From: an uncultured Methanosarcinales archaeon
Lineage (GTDB): Archaea > Halobacteriota > Methanosarcinia > Methanotrichales > Methanotrichaceae
Assembly: GCA_963843555.1 (NCBI GenBank)
Contig: CAWJKV010000014.1
Coordinates: 121,663-185,662 of the forward strand
Length of the DNA: 64,000 bases
Reading direction: 5' to 3'
This document shows positions 22,902 through 33,566 of the stretch, piece after piece. The number at the start of each line of letters is the position of its first letter. Within the stretch, counting starts at the first letter, position 1. Both the position numbers and the translations under genes were made by a program. Under the pieces are notes generated by a model. It worked only from the letters and a program-made list of their open reading frames with translations, did no database searches and was not told the DNA's origin.

Positions 22902-23414
22902 TCACCAATTTTCAGGCGCTCTTGTCTTCTTAGTCCGGGCCAGAAGATTATCATAGGCTTTTGCTGCCAGGTCATTCACATCGATGCCCATCTCTCGCGC
23001 CACCAGAAGGACCACGGCATCCAGCTCTACCAGCTTTTTCAGTGAATCCTGTTTAACATTTGCCATCGCTATGACCTCTTTTCTGCTCATGCCCGTCTGG
23101 GAGGTGATGAGCCTTATTCCCTGGTCCAGTATGCCTTCTTCGGTCGTGGGTTTGAAACCCAGCGGCACATCAACTGCCTCGGCATCGAATATGGCAGAAA
23201 CGCTCTCCCCTTCCATCCTGACCATACCTTCGGCTTCTGCCTCCCTCAAGAGAGCACGCACTTTTTCCGGAGAACCCCATTTCAGATCCAGGGATAGGGC
23301 AAAGATAAAGTCGCTGATCTTCAGGCTCTTCTTGCCACGCTTCTTGAAAGGCGTGGCCACCAGAAAGGCTTTCTCGCGGTCCAAGGAAACACCTGAGAGG
23401 GAAGTCTGGTACAT
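22902..23414 (-). CDS. DUF2240-family archaeal protein
   Basis: VATPFK...DFIFALSLDLKW.SP...VDVPLGFKP pattern. Confidence 0.8.
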   Translation of the reverse strand: MYQTSLSGVSLDREKAFLVATPFKKRGKKSLKISDFIFALSLDLKWGSPEKVRALLREAEAEGMVRMEGESVSAIFDAEAVDVPLGFKPTTEEGILDQGIRLITSQTGMSRKEVIAMANVKQDSLKKLVELDAVVLLVAREMGIDVNDLAAKAYDNLLARTKKTRAPENW

Positions 23415-23539
23415 AACAGATATAAACTAGCCTGTTAAAGAGTGCCCATATCTATCATTGCCAGCGGAAAGGATTTAAGCGTGGGAAAATAAGTGGATAC
23501 TAACTGTACAAAAATCCGGCGCATGCCATGTGGTGTTAG

Positions 23540-25120
23540 ATGAGGTTCATATACCCGATTGTTATTCTATTCCTGCTGATCAACGCCAGCAATGCTCAGC
23601 TGGAACCAGACAAGGAAAGGTTTGACGTTGTGCTCCATCCCGGCGACCTGGAGGAGAGGACGCTAGAAGTGACCAATGGCGGAGATTCACCTATCATTGA
23701 GATCACAAAAACTCAGGTAAGTGGTACTGCCAGAGAATTTGTCTTTCCGGATGTGCCAGAAGGAAAGCCGCTCATGCCTCAGGATAAAGCAGAGATAAAA
23801 ATCTACTTTGCCATACCTCCTGAGACCAAGCCAGGATCTTACACCGGATTTATATATTTGTTGGAAAGTGCTCCCCCTTCGCTGCCTCTGAGGATAGACT
23901 TCGACCTTGATGTCATTGGGCAGGAGAGCTACGGCATTGACATGACCATTGAAGATGCCAAGTCCGCCTCGCTTTATGCAAAAGCCGAGGAAATTGCTCA
24001 ATTCGATATAGCCGTCAAAAACCTGGGTACATTCAGAGATGTGGCATCGATCGATTCAGGACCACTGCCTGATGGCTGGAGCGTCATATTGAAGGACGGA
24101 GAAAAGACGCTTTCACTGCCCTACGATCTGCCTTTAGACCCCGGCACAACCCATAACATGAAACTGCAGATGGAGACATTCAAGCCAGGCAAGAAAGGCA
24201 ATCTGATGGTAACGGCAACATCTCTGGGCAATCGGTCTGAGAATTCCTCCATCGAAGCCGATGTCGAGTTCGGGATAGCGGTCAGGGGCTACAACACCGA
24301 TATTGAGATCCCTGAGAAGATGGTAGCCAACAAGAGCTACGAAGGCTCCTTCAGCCTCATACTTGATGTTAGAGAGAATGTAATGGTCTCGATAGCCTCG
24401 CCTCCGGAGCTGATGGTAATCCCGCTGGAGCAGATGGTAGAGGTGACTCCGAAAGATCCGGGAGTTGCCAACTTCACCCTACTTGGGTCGCTAAGCGGCG
24501 AATATCCACTCCTCTTCAAGCTTACGGATTCCCACGGCATCCCCATGCCGGAGGAGACCACCACCATAAAAGTTGTCATGCCCCAAGGGATGGCTGTGCT
24601 GACGGGTCAGGACTTCCTCTACAGCACAGTAGCCTCCTTAGGCATTTCCGGAAATAAAACTCTGAATATTATTACGATGCCACCGGGCAAAACCAGTAAA
24701 GAATACCAGGAGAGACTGCAAGAATATTCCACGGTTTTAATCCTGGGCAACCAATCAATTGTATCCGATGATGTCGAAAAGGTTCTGGACAGTATCGAAG
24801 TCAAACGTATCGATGGAGATAGCCTTTTCGAAGAGTGCTGGCTCTTTGCAAAAGAGATTTGGCAGAATGGAACAGCCGAAGTGGTCTTAACCAGCTCCAG
24901 ACCTGCCGATGTCTTCAGAGCCTACCAGGTAGCTAAAACGGACGGTATGCCAATGATAGTTTGCGAGGGCAGTGTAACCGAGGCTTCCAATGGCGCCATA
25001 AAGGAAATGACCAAACGTAATTCTACGCTCTCCAAGGCTTTGACCGTGGGCAAGATTGGAGAGGAGTATACAAAAGCACTGCAAGATGCAGGCGTCTCGA
25101 TAGAAGAGGTGACCACGTGA
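23540..25120 (+). CDS. Secreted multi-Ig-domain surface protein
   Basis: Signal peptide, Ig-like beta sandwiches (NLG...D..., LPDGW), C-terminal Rossmann-like region; GTGA overlap with the next gene. Confidence 0.75.
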   Translation: MRFIYPIVILFLLINASNAQLEPDKERFDVVLHPGDLEERTLEVTNGGDSPIIEITKTQVSGTAREFVFPDVPEGKPLMPQDKAEIKIYFAIPPETKPGSYTGFIYLLESAPPSLPLRIDFDLDVIGQESYGIDMTIEDAKSASLYAKAEEIAQFDIAVKNLGTFRDVASIDSGPLPDGWSVILKDGEKTLSLPYDLPLDPGTTHNMKLQMETFKPGKKGNLMVTATSLGNRSENSSIEADVEFGIAVRGYNTDIEIPEKMVANKSYEGSFSLILDVRENVMVSIASPPELMVIPLEQMVEVTPKDPGVANFTLLGSLSGEYPLLFKLTDSHGIPMPEETTTIKVVMPQGMAVLTGQDFLYSTVASLGISGNKTLNIITMPPGKTSKEYQERLQEYSTVLILGNQSIVSDDVEKVLDSIEVKRIDGDSLFEECWLFAKEIWQNGTAEVVLTSSRPADVFRAYQVAKTDGMPMIVCEGSVTEASNGAIKEMTKRNSTLSKALTVGKIGEEYTKALQDAGVSIEEVTT

Positions 25121-28100
25121 AGCTGCTCCCTATCTTTTTATTCATGGCAATTATGTCCAGTACTCTGCTTTCTGCAGCAGAGAATGCACCCCTGGCAAGA
25201 GGGGTAAAAGGCGAAGTAGAGGATGTGATCCTGGTTGGCGCAGACGACTGGCACGCATCTGTTGCCGCTACGCCACTGGCAATCTGGTCTGAGGATAATC
25301 AAACCAGAATTATGCCTATGCTGATCCTTCCTAAATTGGTCCAGGCCGGAGATAGAAACGGCTGGGTCGAAGAGCAGGATCTGATAAGGTATGGGGAAGC
25401 GGCAATCTTGGATACATTCAAGGCAGCAAACATCACCGCCTTAGTAATCCACGGATCTGGAGATCAGGTAAAAGCCATGGTCGAATCGGCTCACAAAGAT
25501 GGTCTTAAGGTCTATATCACGGCAACTCTAGAGATCCCTGTTGTTTCTAAAACTGTTGCAGGAGAGATGGGCGCAGTGTCCGAGGCCGAGAAAACACTCA
25601 TGACCGAAGCTGGCCTGACGAACTATTTACCAGATGATTCCAGGATCGATCGAAGCTGGCTGCAAATGCCAAATCCAGATATCGGTGGCAATGCCAGCTA
25701 TTTTTGTCCTGTGAATCCGGAGGTGAGAGATAGTCTTTACAGCCAGATCGAGACGCTGATTGATGATTATAAGGCCGACGGCGTTGTCCTCTATAGATTT
25801 GGCTTCCAGGATGAGAATTACTGCTTTTGCGACGTCTGCAAGGAGAAGTTCTATCAGGACACTGGGATAGATATCACTAAGGTCAATGCCAACAGCTACA
25901 ATCAGGAAAGATGGAACCAGTGGAAGCAGGATCAGCTCATGCAGATTGTTGAATATGCACGAAATATCACCTCTGATTTGGGTCCTGTGAAGCTGGGTGT
26001 GGCTTTGGACAACCCCTTCGATCGCAGCCAGGGCTACAATTTTGCCGAGATTTCTAAGGTTACTGACTTTTCATTGATCTCTCCCCTCCCTGCTCAGGAT
26101 GTGAGCCAGGCATGCAGCCTGAGCGAGAAGCCAGTCTATGTCAGGTTGAGCGATGACTATGTGGGCTACGTTCTCTCTACCCAAAACGTTGAGGGCGCTA
26201 TACGGTATATCGAGGATCTCACCAAAGCCGGAGCCGCTGGGGTTGCTTTCGAGTATAATGTCGTTCATACACCTTTCTGGTCGGAGATCGAACCGCCATC
26301 ATCGGCAGCGCGGTGGTTATTGCAGCAGGTAGGCGGAACGACTCTGGCAGTAGGAAATGTCTCCTGGATGAGCGACTCGAAGATAAGAGCCAACAATAGC
26401 TTTGAGCTGGCTGAAAAGATAAGCCGGTACTGGAAGAGTTCACCAGGAGCCGTAATCGTAGGAGAGAACTACAGTGCGGCACTCTCGGCCGCACCAATTG
26501 CATCTTACCTGAATTGGCCAGTGCTATTTGTAGATGGAGTTCTGCCAGAAGAGACACTCAATGCATTATTGCGCCTGGGGGCCAAAGATGTAGTGACAGT
26601 GGGCCCGATCTCAAATGCTATACGGCAGAACTTGAGCCAGATGAATATTACCCTCCACGACGGAAATAGCGAATTCCTGCTCGAGCAGATGAATGAACGG
26701 GGCGAGAGCCCAACCATGGTAGTCTTGACCAACTCCCACGATCTCTCGCTTCAGCCACCGGTGCCAAATCCGGTTGTAGAACGAACACTCATCGATGATC
26801 TCCTGGTAAGAACCGAGATAAGCCCCAGCCAAATACCCAGCGAGGAGCTGGGAGAGATCGTCAGGCTCAACATAACCCTGAGCAATGCCGGCAAAGATAC
26901 GCTGAAAGGCGTGCGACTGCTGGACATCTTCCCCATGGGCAGGTTCATAAAAATGCCTCGGCAGAGCTTAGGGGAAGTGAATGTTACCGATCCCTATAGC
27001 GGGCAGCCGTCAGTTGCCACCAGCGCTTTCCTAAACGGATCTTTGCTGCGGTGGAACATCGACAAACTTGCGCCGGGCAAGTCAGCCAGCCTGGTTGCAG
27101 AAGTGGAACTCCTGTACCCCATGGACTCAGGCTGGAAACAGCGCCTTGACACAGGGGCCACAGCAGCTTATGAGGGATTCTCCTACAACCATACTCTGGA
27201 GAACGTGGACGACTCGCCGGTAGTCAACCTGACCTACCCCACCTGGATCTACTCGGGGAGAACGAACATCTCCTGGAACCTTGACAGGGATTCCAGTTAC
27301 ACCGCTCTCAATCTCTACAATCCTGACCAGCGAAATGCCCAAATCAGGATCACGGATATTGTGCCGGAAAAGCTTTATGAATTACGGGTGCAGCTTCTGA
27401 CGCCCGGGAAGTGGATTTTCAATATCGAGACTGATAGCGATATAACAAAGAACTATACGATCGACGTTCGATCCAATATTGGGGTCGTTAATGTCACTGC
27501 ATTCAGCCACACCAAAGTTCCCAGGCTCTCATTGGTGGCGGCTCAGGCGGCATCTGCTCGTAAGGCCATTCTGGTGGATGTGGCCCGGGACCCGCAGCAG
27601 ATTGATCCCGTGAACGAGGAGCAGATATTATTGCAGAAGGTCGAGGATCTCAAGCTCAGTCCCCAATATCTGATGGTTGTGGGCGATACAGGATCACTGC
27701 CCTTCATCCCCACTGGCCTCATACAGGAGCTATCGCCTGTAGAGGAGTATGAGGTCTACAGGGATTATCAATTGAATCTAAATGATGAGAATTACAGCAC
27801 AGTGGCCGTGGGCCGAATCATGGGGCTTTCCGTCTACGATGCGTCTCAGCTCATGGCACGCACCCTCGCCTATGACCGGTTAGCTGGCGCCTGGAAGAAA
27901 AATGGATTGGTCGTATCTTCGCCGCCCCTCTCCTTTCCGCAGGCTCCTATTGGCATAAGCATACGAGAATATCTGCAGGAGGCAGGAGTCCTTGTAAAAG
28001 ATCTGCGCTATGAGGAGGCCACTTATCAACAGGTCACCTCGCAGATGAACAACGGTCAGAATATAGTCTATTTCGATCATCATGCCGACGAGAATTCCTG

Positions 28101-29481
28101 GCAGCTATCGAGTTGGTCGATGATGGATTCGTACCTCAGTGGTGCTCAGGTAAAGGAGCTTACCCTGACACCTCAGACGACTACTGCATCCGCCTGTCTC
28201 TCTTCGAACCTCAAGGGACACTATCTGAATGTGACTGGCACCAGGATGTACATTCCCGGGAATCTGGAGGACTCTATAGCCCTGTCTTTCATAAGAGCAG
28301 GAGCGGTAAACTACATAGGGGATTCAGCCCTTTCCTATATCTTCGTGTCAGACGACTACTTCAAGAGGTTCTATCAATCGCTGATCTTTGAGAATGCCAC
28401 TGTCGGTCAGGCTCAAATGGATGCGGATAATCTCTTCAGGCTTAAGTTCAAAGGGACTCGAGATCTCAAACCGGTCTCCGATTATGACGAGCCCTTACCG
28501 GCTTGGGATACTTCGATTCAAGAGATACTCAACCAGACTGCCTACATGGATAGCATGCTGGGAGATCCCAGCTTCCGGCCGAATTTACCCAAGACACCCG
28601 CTCTTCCCTATTCCACAGATGTGTCGGTCGCCAATTCCACTGTTCAGAACAAGAATGCTACGGATCTGCAAGAGACCACACTCAAGGCAACCATCATGCC
28701 AACGAACGAAAGTGCGACAGACTGGATATACTGGATTCAGACGGATAGTTCCAGTGGCCAGCTCAATCTCGATGCTCCACCGGCGATCATAGGAGAGGTC
28801 CTGTTACCTAATGATGCGGATAAGATCGTCGTGAAGGAGAACGGCCTATCGATCTGGCATGACGAATACTCCACTGGCGCCCAGAAAAAGGTGATGTGGC
28901 CTATCATCAGACCAAGGCTTGGCGAAGAGAGGAGTTTCCAGATTGAGTATGTACTGATTCCAGGCCAGGTTCAGCGGATCAATGTCACTGCGGGTTGGAA
29001 TGCTATGGCCGTCTACCTGAATCCGAAAGATGCATCGTCAGGCAAGTATCTCAAGGACAAGCCCTACCGGAGCATATTCACCATCTCAGGTGTTGGATGG
29101 GACTTCGGCATGAAGGATGGAGGCATGCTCAATGTGACCCGTTTCAAACCGGGAGAAGGATACCTCATCGACAGTGCTGACAACTTCACTATAGAGATCT
29201 CAGGCAAGCCTGTCGATCTGCCCTATCGCCTGGACCTGCATAAGGGATGGAATATGATTGGTCTGCCTTTGAACAAGACTGTCGATTTGGGTAATATCAC
29301 GGTTAACGCCGATCATCGGAGGTACAACTATCCTGAAGCAGTTAAGAAGGGACTGGTTTCAGCATTCATCTGGAAGTATGAAGGCGAGGATTGGGTTCAT
29401 CTGGGTGAGAACGAAACCCTTGCGCCCGGAATGGCCTATCTCTTCGAGGCTACGGGAGAATCCAAGCTGGAGTTCCGCTGA
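25117..29481 (+). CDS. Large secreted protein: GH-like TIM barrel, DUF11-like Ig domain and C25 (gingipain-like) peptidase
   Basis: Signal peptide; CPVNPEVR...DGVV...CFCDVC; YLMVVGD...LP, AVGRIMG, YFDHHA and SACLS (His/Cys dyad); GAVNYIG, LGDP. Confidence 0.75.
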   Translation: MKLLPIFLFMAIMSSTLLSAAENAPLARGVKGEVEDVILVGADDWHASVAATPLAIWSEDNQTRIMPMLILPKLVQAGDRNGWVEEQDLIRYGEAAILDTFKAANITALVIHGSGDQVKAMVESAHKDGLKVYITATLEIPVVSKTVAGEMGAVSEAEKTLMTEAGLTNYLPDDSRIDRSWLQMPNPDIGGNASYFCPVNPEVRDSLYSQIETLIDDYKADGVVLYRFGFQDENYCFCDVCKEKFYQDTGIDITKVNANSYNQERWNQWKQDQLMQIVEYARNITSDLGPVKLGVALDNPFDRSQGYNFAEISKVTDFSLISPLPAQDVSQACSLSEKPVYVRLSDDYVGYVLSTQNVEGAIRYIEDLTKAGAAGVAFEYNVVHTPFWSEIEPPSSAARWLLQQVGGTTLAVGNVSWMSDSKIRANNSFELAEKISRYWKSSPGAVIVGENYSAALSAAPIASYLNWPVLFVDGVLPEETLNALLRLGAKDVVTVGPISNAIRQNLSQMNITLHDGNSEFLLEQMNERGESPTMVVLTNSHDLSLQPPVPNPVVERTLIDDLLVRTEISPSQIPSEELGEIVRLNITLSNAGKDTLKGVRLLDIFPMGRFIKMPRQSLGEVNVTDPYSGQPSVATSAFLNGSLLRWNIDKLAPGKSASLVAEVELLYPMDSGWKQRLDTGATAAYEGFSYNHTLENVDDSPVVNLTYPTWIYSGRTNISWNLDRDSSYTALNLYNPDQRNAQIRITDIVPEKLYELRVQLLTPGKWIFNIETDSDITKNYTIDVRSNIGVVNVTAFSHTKVPRLSLVAAQAASARKAILVDVARDPQQIDPVNEEQILLQKVEDLKLSPQYLMVVGDTGSLPFIPTGLIQELSPVEEYEVYRDYQLNLNDENYSTVAVGRIMGLSVYDASQLMARTLAYDRLAGAWKKNGLVVSSPPLSFPQAPIGISIREYLQEAGVLVKDLRYEEATYQQVTSQMNNGQNIVYFDHHADENSWQLSSWSMMDSYLSGAQVKELTLTPQTTTASACLSSNLKGHYLNVTGTRMYIPGNLEDSIALSFIRAGAVNYIGDSALSYIFVSDDYFKRFYQSLIFENATVGQAQMDADNLFRLKFKGTRDLKPVSDYDEPLPAWDTSIQEILNQTAYMDSMLGDPSFRPNLPKTPALPYSTDVSVANSTVQNKNATDLQETTLKATIMPTNESATDWIYWIQTDSSSGQLNLDAPPAIIGEVLLPNDADKIVVKENGLSIWHDEYSTGAQKKVMWPIIRPRLGEERSFQIEYVLIPGQVQRINVTAGWNAMAVYLNPKDASSGKYLKDKPYRSIFTISGVGWDFGMKDGGMLNVTRFKPGEGYLIDSADNFTIEISGKPVDLPYRLDLHKGWNMIGLPLNKTVDLGNITVNADHRRYNYPEAVKKGLVSAFIWKYEGEDWVHLGENETLAPGMAYLFEATGESKLEFR

Positions 29482-29564
29482 ACGGCATGAATCGGGGCTC
29501 CAGACCATTTTAATTTTTTCTTATTAAAAAATTCGTATCTAATCTTTTTCGCCTAAAGTATACT

Positions 29565-30476
29565 TCATTTCCTCTTCCGGTGCAGTTCTCTCATCATCTC
29601 CCGGTGCATGGATGCCATCATATCGCCTTGCATACCGATGAGAAATAGCTGGAAGCCCACGATGATTAAAATCGCCGTCAGGATGGTGAGGGGAATATGC
29701 TCAATGCGCCAGAAAAACCAATCCCTGGCCACAAAAATGCCTATGAGAAAACCGGCAAGGCCGAAGAATGAGCCGATCAGGCCGAAGTAGAACATGGGAT
29801 TTTCCGTCTTGGCCATACGGTAGATAGTGAGGATTATTTTGAGGCCGTCCCGGAAGGGATGCAGCTTGGTCTTGGTGCCGGTCGGCCTGGGCCGGTAGGT
29901 GATGGGCACCTCGATAATGCGCAGGCCTTTCTTTACGCTCTCAATGGTGATCTCAGACTCGATCTCAAAGCCCGGCATGGAGAGGTCCAGCAGTCGAATG
30001 CCTTCCGTGGTGAAAGCCCGGTAGCCGGAGAGTATGTCGGTGAGATGAACCCTGTATATTGTGGCAAAGAAACGATTGATCATCTTATTGCCGATCATAT
30101 TGAGCCTCTTCAGTGCTCCTCCCTGGACATTGCCCAGCCGGTTGCCAACTACGTGGTCCGCCTGACCTTTAAAGACCGGGTCCAGGATGCGGCCTGCTTC
30201 GCTGGGAAGATAGGTACCGTCGCCGTCAATGAGAAGTATATACTCCTCTTCGATCTGGGCAAAGACCTCTTTCAGGGCCTGGCCTTTGCCGGACCCCGAC
30301 TGGAGGAATATGCGCGCTCCTGCCGCTTTGGCCTTCGCCACTGTCGCGTCGGTGCTGTGGCCGTCCACCACCAGAATGTTCTCGTAGCCCAAAGCTCGGA
30401 ACTCCCGGATCACCGGCTCGATGGACTCCTCTTCATTCAGGGTCGGTATGAGAACGCAGATGTCTTTGTCGCTCAC
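29565..30476 (-). CDS. aglJ: Dolichol-phosphate glycosyltransferase, AglJ-like (GT2)
   Basis: LIPTLNEE, VDGHSTD, IDGDGTY, DILSGYRAF and FEIESE motifs; two C-terminal TM helices. Confidence 0.8.
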   Translation of the reverse strand: MSDKDICVLIPTLNEEESIEPVIREFRALGYENILVVDGHSTDATVAKAKAAGARIFLQSGSGKGQALKEVFAQIEEEYILLIDGDGTYLPSEAGRILDPVFKGQADHVVGNRLGNVQGGALKRLNMIGNKMINRFFATIYRVHLTDILSGYRAFTTEGIRLLDLSMPGFEIESEITIESVKKGLRIIEVPITYRPRPTGTKTKLHPFRDGLKIILTIYRMAKTENPMFYFGLIGSFFGLAGFLIGIFVARDWFFWRIEHIPLTILTAILIIVGFQLFLIGMQGDMMASMHREMMRELHRKRK

Positions 30477-30606
30477 TTATAGATCAGCTCTGGCAATGGT
30501 TGTACATCTTATGGAATGAGGCGTATTAAATAGATTGCTTTGGCAAAATGGGGAGATTGAGATGCATGGCTCTTTATGACGTAGCATAAGTGCCATGATG
30601 CCCAGG

Positions 30607-31920
30607 TCATGTCTTCATAGCCTGGTGGATGATCTTCTTGAAGCGCTCCTCCAGCTCCGCCATATCTCCTCTTGCAGTCTCGATGTATAGCCTGAGAATC
30701 GGCTCAGTATTGCTCGGTCGAATCAGCACACTGTAGTTGTCAGTGGTGATCTTCAGACCATCCATGGTGTCGGGCTCCATGGAAGCCAACGCATCCTTCA
30801 GCCGGAGCATAACGCCTGCCGGATTCTCGTTGATGCGGATGCTTGTCTGCTTGTAGGGGAAATCCGGTATCTCGTCTGCGAGTGCGGAGAGCTTCTCACC
30901 CTGGGATATGATCTCGCCCAAAGCCAGGCTCATGGCGAAGGGATCGTCGGAGTACTGGAACTCCGGCAAGAAGAAGTGGCCGCTTCGTTCCACTCCTAAG
31001 ACGGCGGCGGAGTCTTTAACCCGGTTGGCCACGAAGACGTCTCCCACTCTCTCTCGCTCCACCCTTATGCCATCCTTCTCAAGCTCGCGCTCCAGGATCA
31101 TGGAGCAGTCAAAACCGGAGATGACCAGGTCGCCTGACTTGTATCTGGCCCGGGCGATTATGATGGCAACCTTCTCAGGCGGCAGAACGCGGCCCATATC
31201 GTCGATGATGATTCCCCTGTCTGCATCTGGGTCGAAACCCACCCCAAAATCGGCCTGGTTTTGTATCACTTCCTGGCAGGCTGGGCGCAAGGATTCTTCA
31301 TTTGGAGCAGGGCCGCGACCAGGGAAAAGGCCATCCATGGTACCGTTGATAACGAAAGAGTCGAAACCGAGCTTCCGGTAAGAGGAAGCCATCGTGCAGG
31401 CAGAGCCGTTGCCCATATCCAGGACAACTTTTAGAGAGCGCTTCATATTCAATTTTTCAGCTACATAATTGGCATACTTCTCGATTGCCACCAGAGGCTC
31501 ATGATCGGTTTTTATGCCTGCTCCGGAGAGAAAGCCTCCTTCTCGGTAAAATTTCATTATAGAGGAATCCTGATAAAGTAGGCCGTAGCCGTCGCTGGTT
31601 CTGAATCGCACGCCGTTGTATTCTGGTGGATTATGAGACGCGGAGATGTAGGCGGCGGCCTTAAGCTTCTCTTTCCAGGTGATATAGCTTATAATGGAAA
31701 TGGGGATGATGCCGAAGCTTTGCACCTCGCAGCCCGTAGTAAGGACCCCCTCCAGAAAAGCCTCCTGCAAAGATGGGCCGCTGATCCGCGTATCCCTTCC
31801 CAAAGCGACTCTGCCTCCGCCGGCGTAGGATCCGAAGGATTCACCAATTCGCCTGGCCAGCTCCTCTGTGAGATCGGTGCCATAGACACCTCTGACATCA
31901 TATGCTCTGAATGCTGTCAC
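30607..31920 (-). CDS. Phosphomannomutase/phosphoglucomutase
   Basis: FRAYDVRG, SASHNP, FDPDADR and RPSNTEP motifs. Confidence 0.92.
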   Translation of the reverse strand: MTAFRAYDVRGVYGTDLTEELARRIGESFGSYAGGGRVALGRDTRISGPSLQEAFLEGVLTTGCEVQSFGIIPISIISYITWKEKLKAAAYISASHNPPEYNGVRFRTSDGYGLLYQDSSIMKFYREGGFLSGAGIKTDHEPLVAIEKYANYVAEKLNMKRSLKVVLDMGNGSACTMASSYRKLGFDSFVINGTMDGLFPGRGPAPNEESLRPACQEVIQNQADFGVGFDPDADRGIIIDDMGRVLPPEKVAIIIARARYKSGDLVISGFDCSMILERELEKDGIRVERERVGDVFVANRVKDSAAVLGVERSGHFFLPEFQYSDDPFAMSLALGEIISQGEKLSALADEIPDFPYKQTSIRINENPAGVMLRLKDALASMEPDTMDGLKITTDNYSVLIRPSNTEPILRLYIETARGDMAELEERFKKIIHQAMKT

Positions 31921-32040
31921 GAATTCCTATTGGGCCCGAGGATTTAAATTATTTTCTGCGAGGCCGAGAGGCAATAAAGCTGATCCTCAAATTTTAAATC
32001 AAAAAATTTTTTAGATTAATTTCGATAAACAATAATTTCT

Positions 32041-32319
32041 TCATTCCTGCTTCGCCAAGACGATCTCCATCGAAGACACGTTCACCGTTTTGCCTTCCTC
32101 GTTTGGGATGGCCTCTGTGCCGATGGTTATTGCCTTGACGACAAGGTTGGGCATGAACCTGTTCCTGGTGATCTCTGCCGCGTCAACGGCGCGGGAGATG
32201 GCGCGTCCCCGGGCCTTCAAAATGACGCTGGATACTGGTTTATTGAACTGGGTCATCACTGCTAGCACATAGTTCATGACTGGTTTGTCACCGACGTATA
32301 TCACTGCATTGTCATCCAT
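32041..32319 (-). CDS. albA: Chromatin protein Alba
   Basis: [12 protein letters not shown]...[12 protein letters not shown]...VSSMEI. Confidence 0.96.
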   Translation of the reverse strand: MDDNAVIYVGDKPVMNYVLAVMTQFNKPVSSVILKARGRAISRAVDAAEITRNRFMPNLVVKAITIGTEAIPNEEGKTVNVSSMEIVLAKQE

Positions 32320-32358
32320 AGCTTTCGCCCCTTCCTCTTCCTTTTCTTGGACAGGTTA

Positions 32359-33130
32359 TTAACTCTTTCTCTCCAGGACAATGGCGAATGCAAAATTAGG
32401 TTTCACCGCATCTATCTTCACGCGCAGCTTCTCGCCCAGCTTTGCGCCGCGCACGATGATCGCGAAGCCTTCCACCATGGCTACACCGTCCCCGGATTTG
32501 CCCACGGAATCGATCAAAACGTCCAGCATCTCACCTTTGCGCACCGGTCCGGTGAGGAGCTTTTTGGCCACGACATAGGTCTCTGCGCTCTCCTTTCGGG
32601 AGGCCGGTGGCGAGTAGAGCATGTACGGATGAGAACTCCTTCCTGACCTCATTCAGGTAGTCCATGAACATGTCTCCCTGGAATACCTTGACCACAAAGT
32701 TGCCTCGCGGCTTGAGCAGCTTCCTGGCCATTTTGAGCGCTGATCGCGCGAGATCGACAGATATGGCGTGGTCCCTGTCCCAGGCGCCGGAAAGATTAGG
32801 CGCGGCATCACAGATCACCACATCCGCATCTCCCCCCAGCGCCTCTTTCACCAGATCCACGGTGCTCTCGGCTGTTATGTCCGCCCGAAAGGTGACAACG
32901 CCTGGGATGGGAGTTATGCCCTCCAGGTCCACCCCTACAATCTTCCCGCCCGAGAGCTTCTCGGCCACCTGCAGCCAGCCGCCTGGTGCGGCACCCAGGT
33001 CTACGACGGAGTCGCCCCTCTTGATGACATGGTATTTCTCATTTATCTGCAGCAACTTATAGGCGGACCGGGCTCGAAAGCCCTCCTCTTTTGCCAGCCG
33101 ATAGTAGTGATCTCTCTGATCTCGGGCCAT
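32359..33130 (-). CDS. rlmE: 23S rRNA U2552 2'-O-methyltransferase RlmE with C-terminal TRAM domain, frameshifted near 32615
   Basis: RARSAYKL, DLGAAPGGW and KVFQG; then ASRKESAETY and a TRAM domain in the next frame. Confidence 0.92.
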
Positions 33131-33199
33131 CTTAAGAAGAGATGCGGGTTATGGGATAAAGATTTGCCCGAAGGCTGGGCTCAACTACGGCAGCGAAGG

Positions 33200-33210
33200 C
33201 ATTATATGCA
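33200..33210 (+). promoter_or_regulatory. Putative TATA box for the RNase P RNA gene
   Basis: ttatat about 25-30 bp upstream of the predicted 5' end. Confidence 0.5.
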
Positions 33211-33231
33211 GAGGAATGCCGTCTTGTGTTA

Positions 33232-33539
33232 ACGAGAGAGGAAGGGCGGCTGCCGCTGGCCAATTCCGGCCGGTGTGGAAAGTCCCCCCACCACTGGACA
33301 CACAGACATCCCCAAAGGATGTGGGGCGAGAGCTCCGGCTCTGGCACAGAAACGAGACCGGCCAGCGTTAAAGCGATGATGCCGAGAGGCTGAGGTCGCG
33401 CTGGATGCGGATGAAACGGCGAAACCCTGTGGGTGCAAGCCAAAATAGAGCTGAAAAAATTGGACGTCCAGCCAAGCTCGGGTATGGCGCTAAGCTGAAT
33501 GCCGTCTGGAACAGAAGGGGGCTTACTCTCCTCACTCGT
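33232..33539 (+). ncRNA. rnpB: Archaeal RNase P RNA
   Basis: Conserved GGAAAGUCC, ACAGAAAC, GGUGCAAG and ACAGAA...GCUUA motifs; 5' cgagagagga pairs imperfectly with 3' tcctcactcg (P1). Confidence 0.95.
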
Positions 33540-33566
33540 GCAAAATCATATCATTTAGACTATCTT

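Noticed and set aside
33132..33443. Short ORFs over this interval
   Set aside because: They overlap the RNase P RNA gene and have no protein motifs
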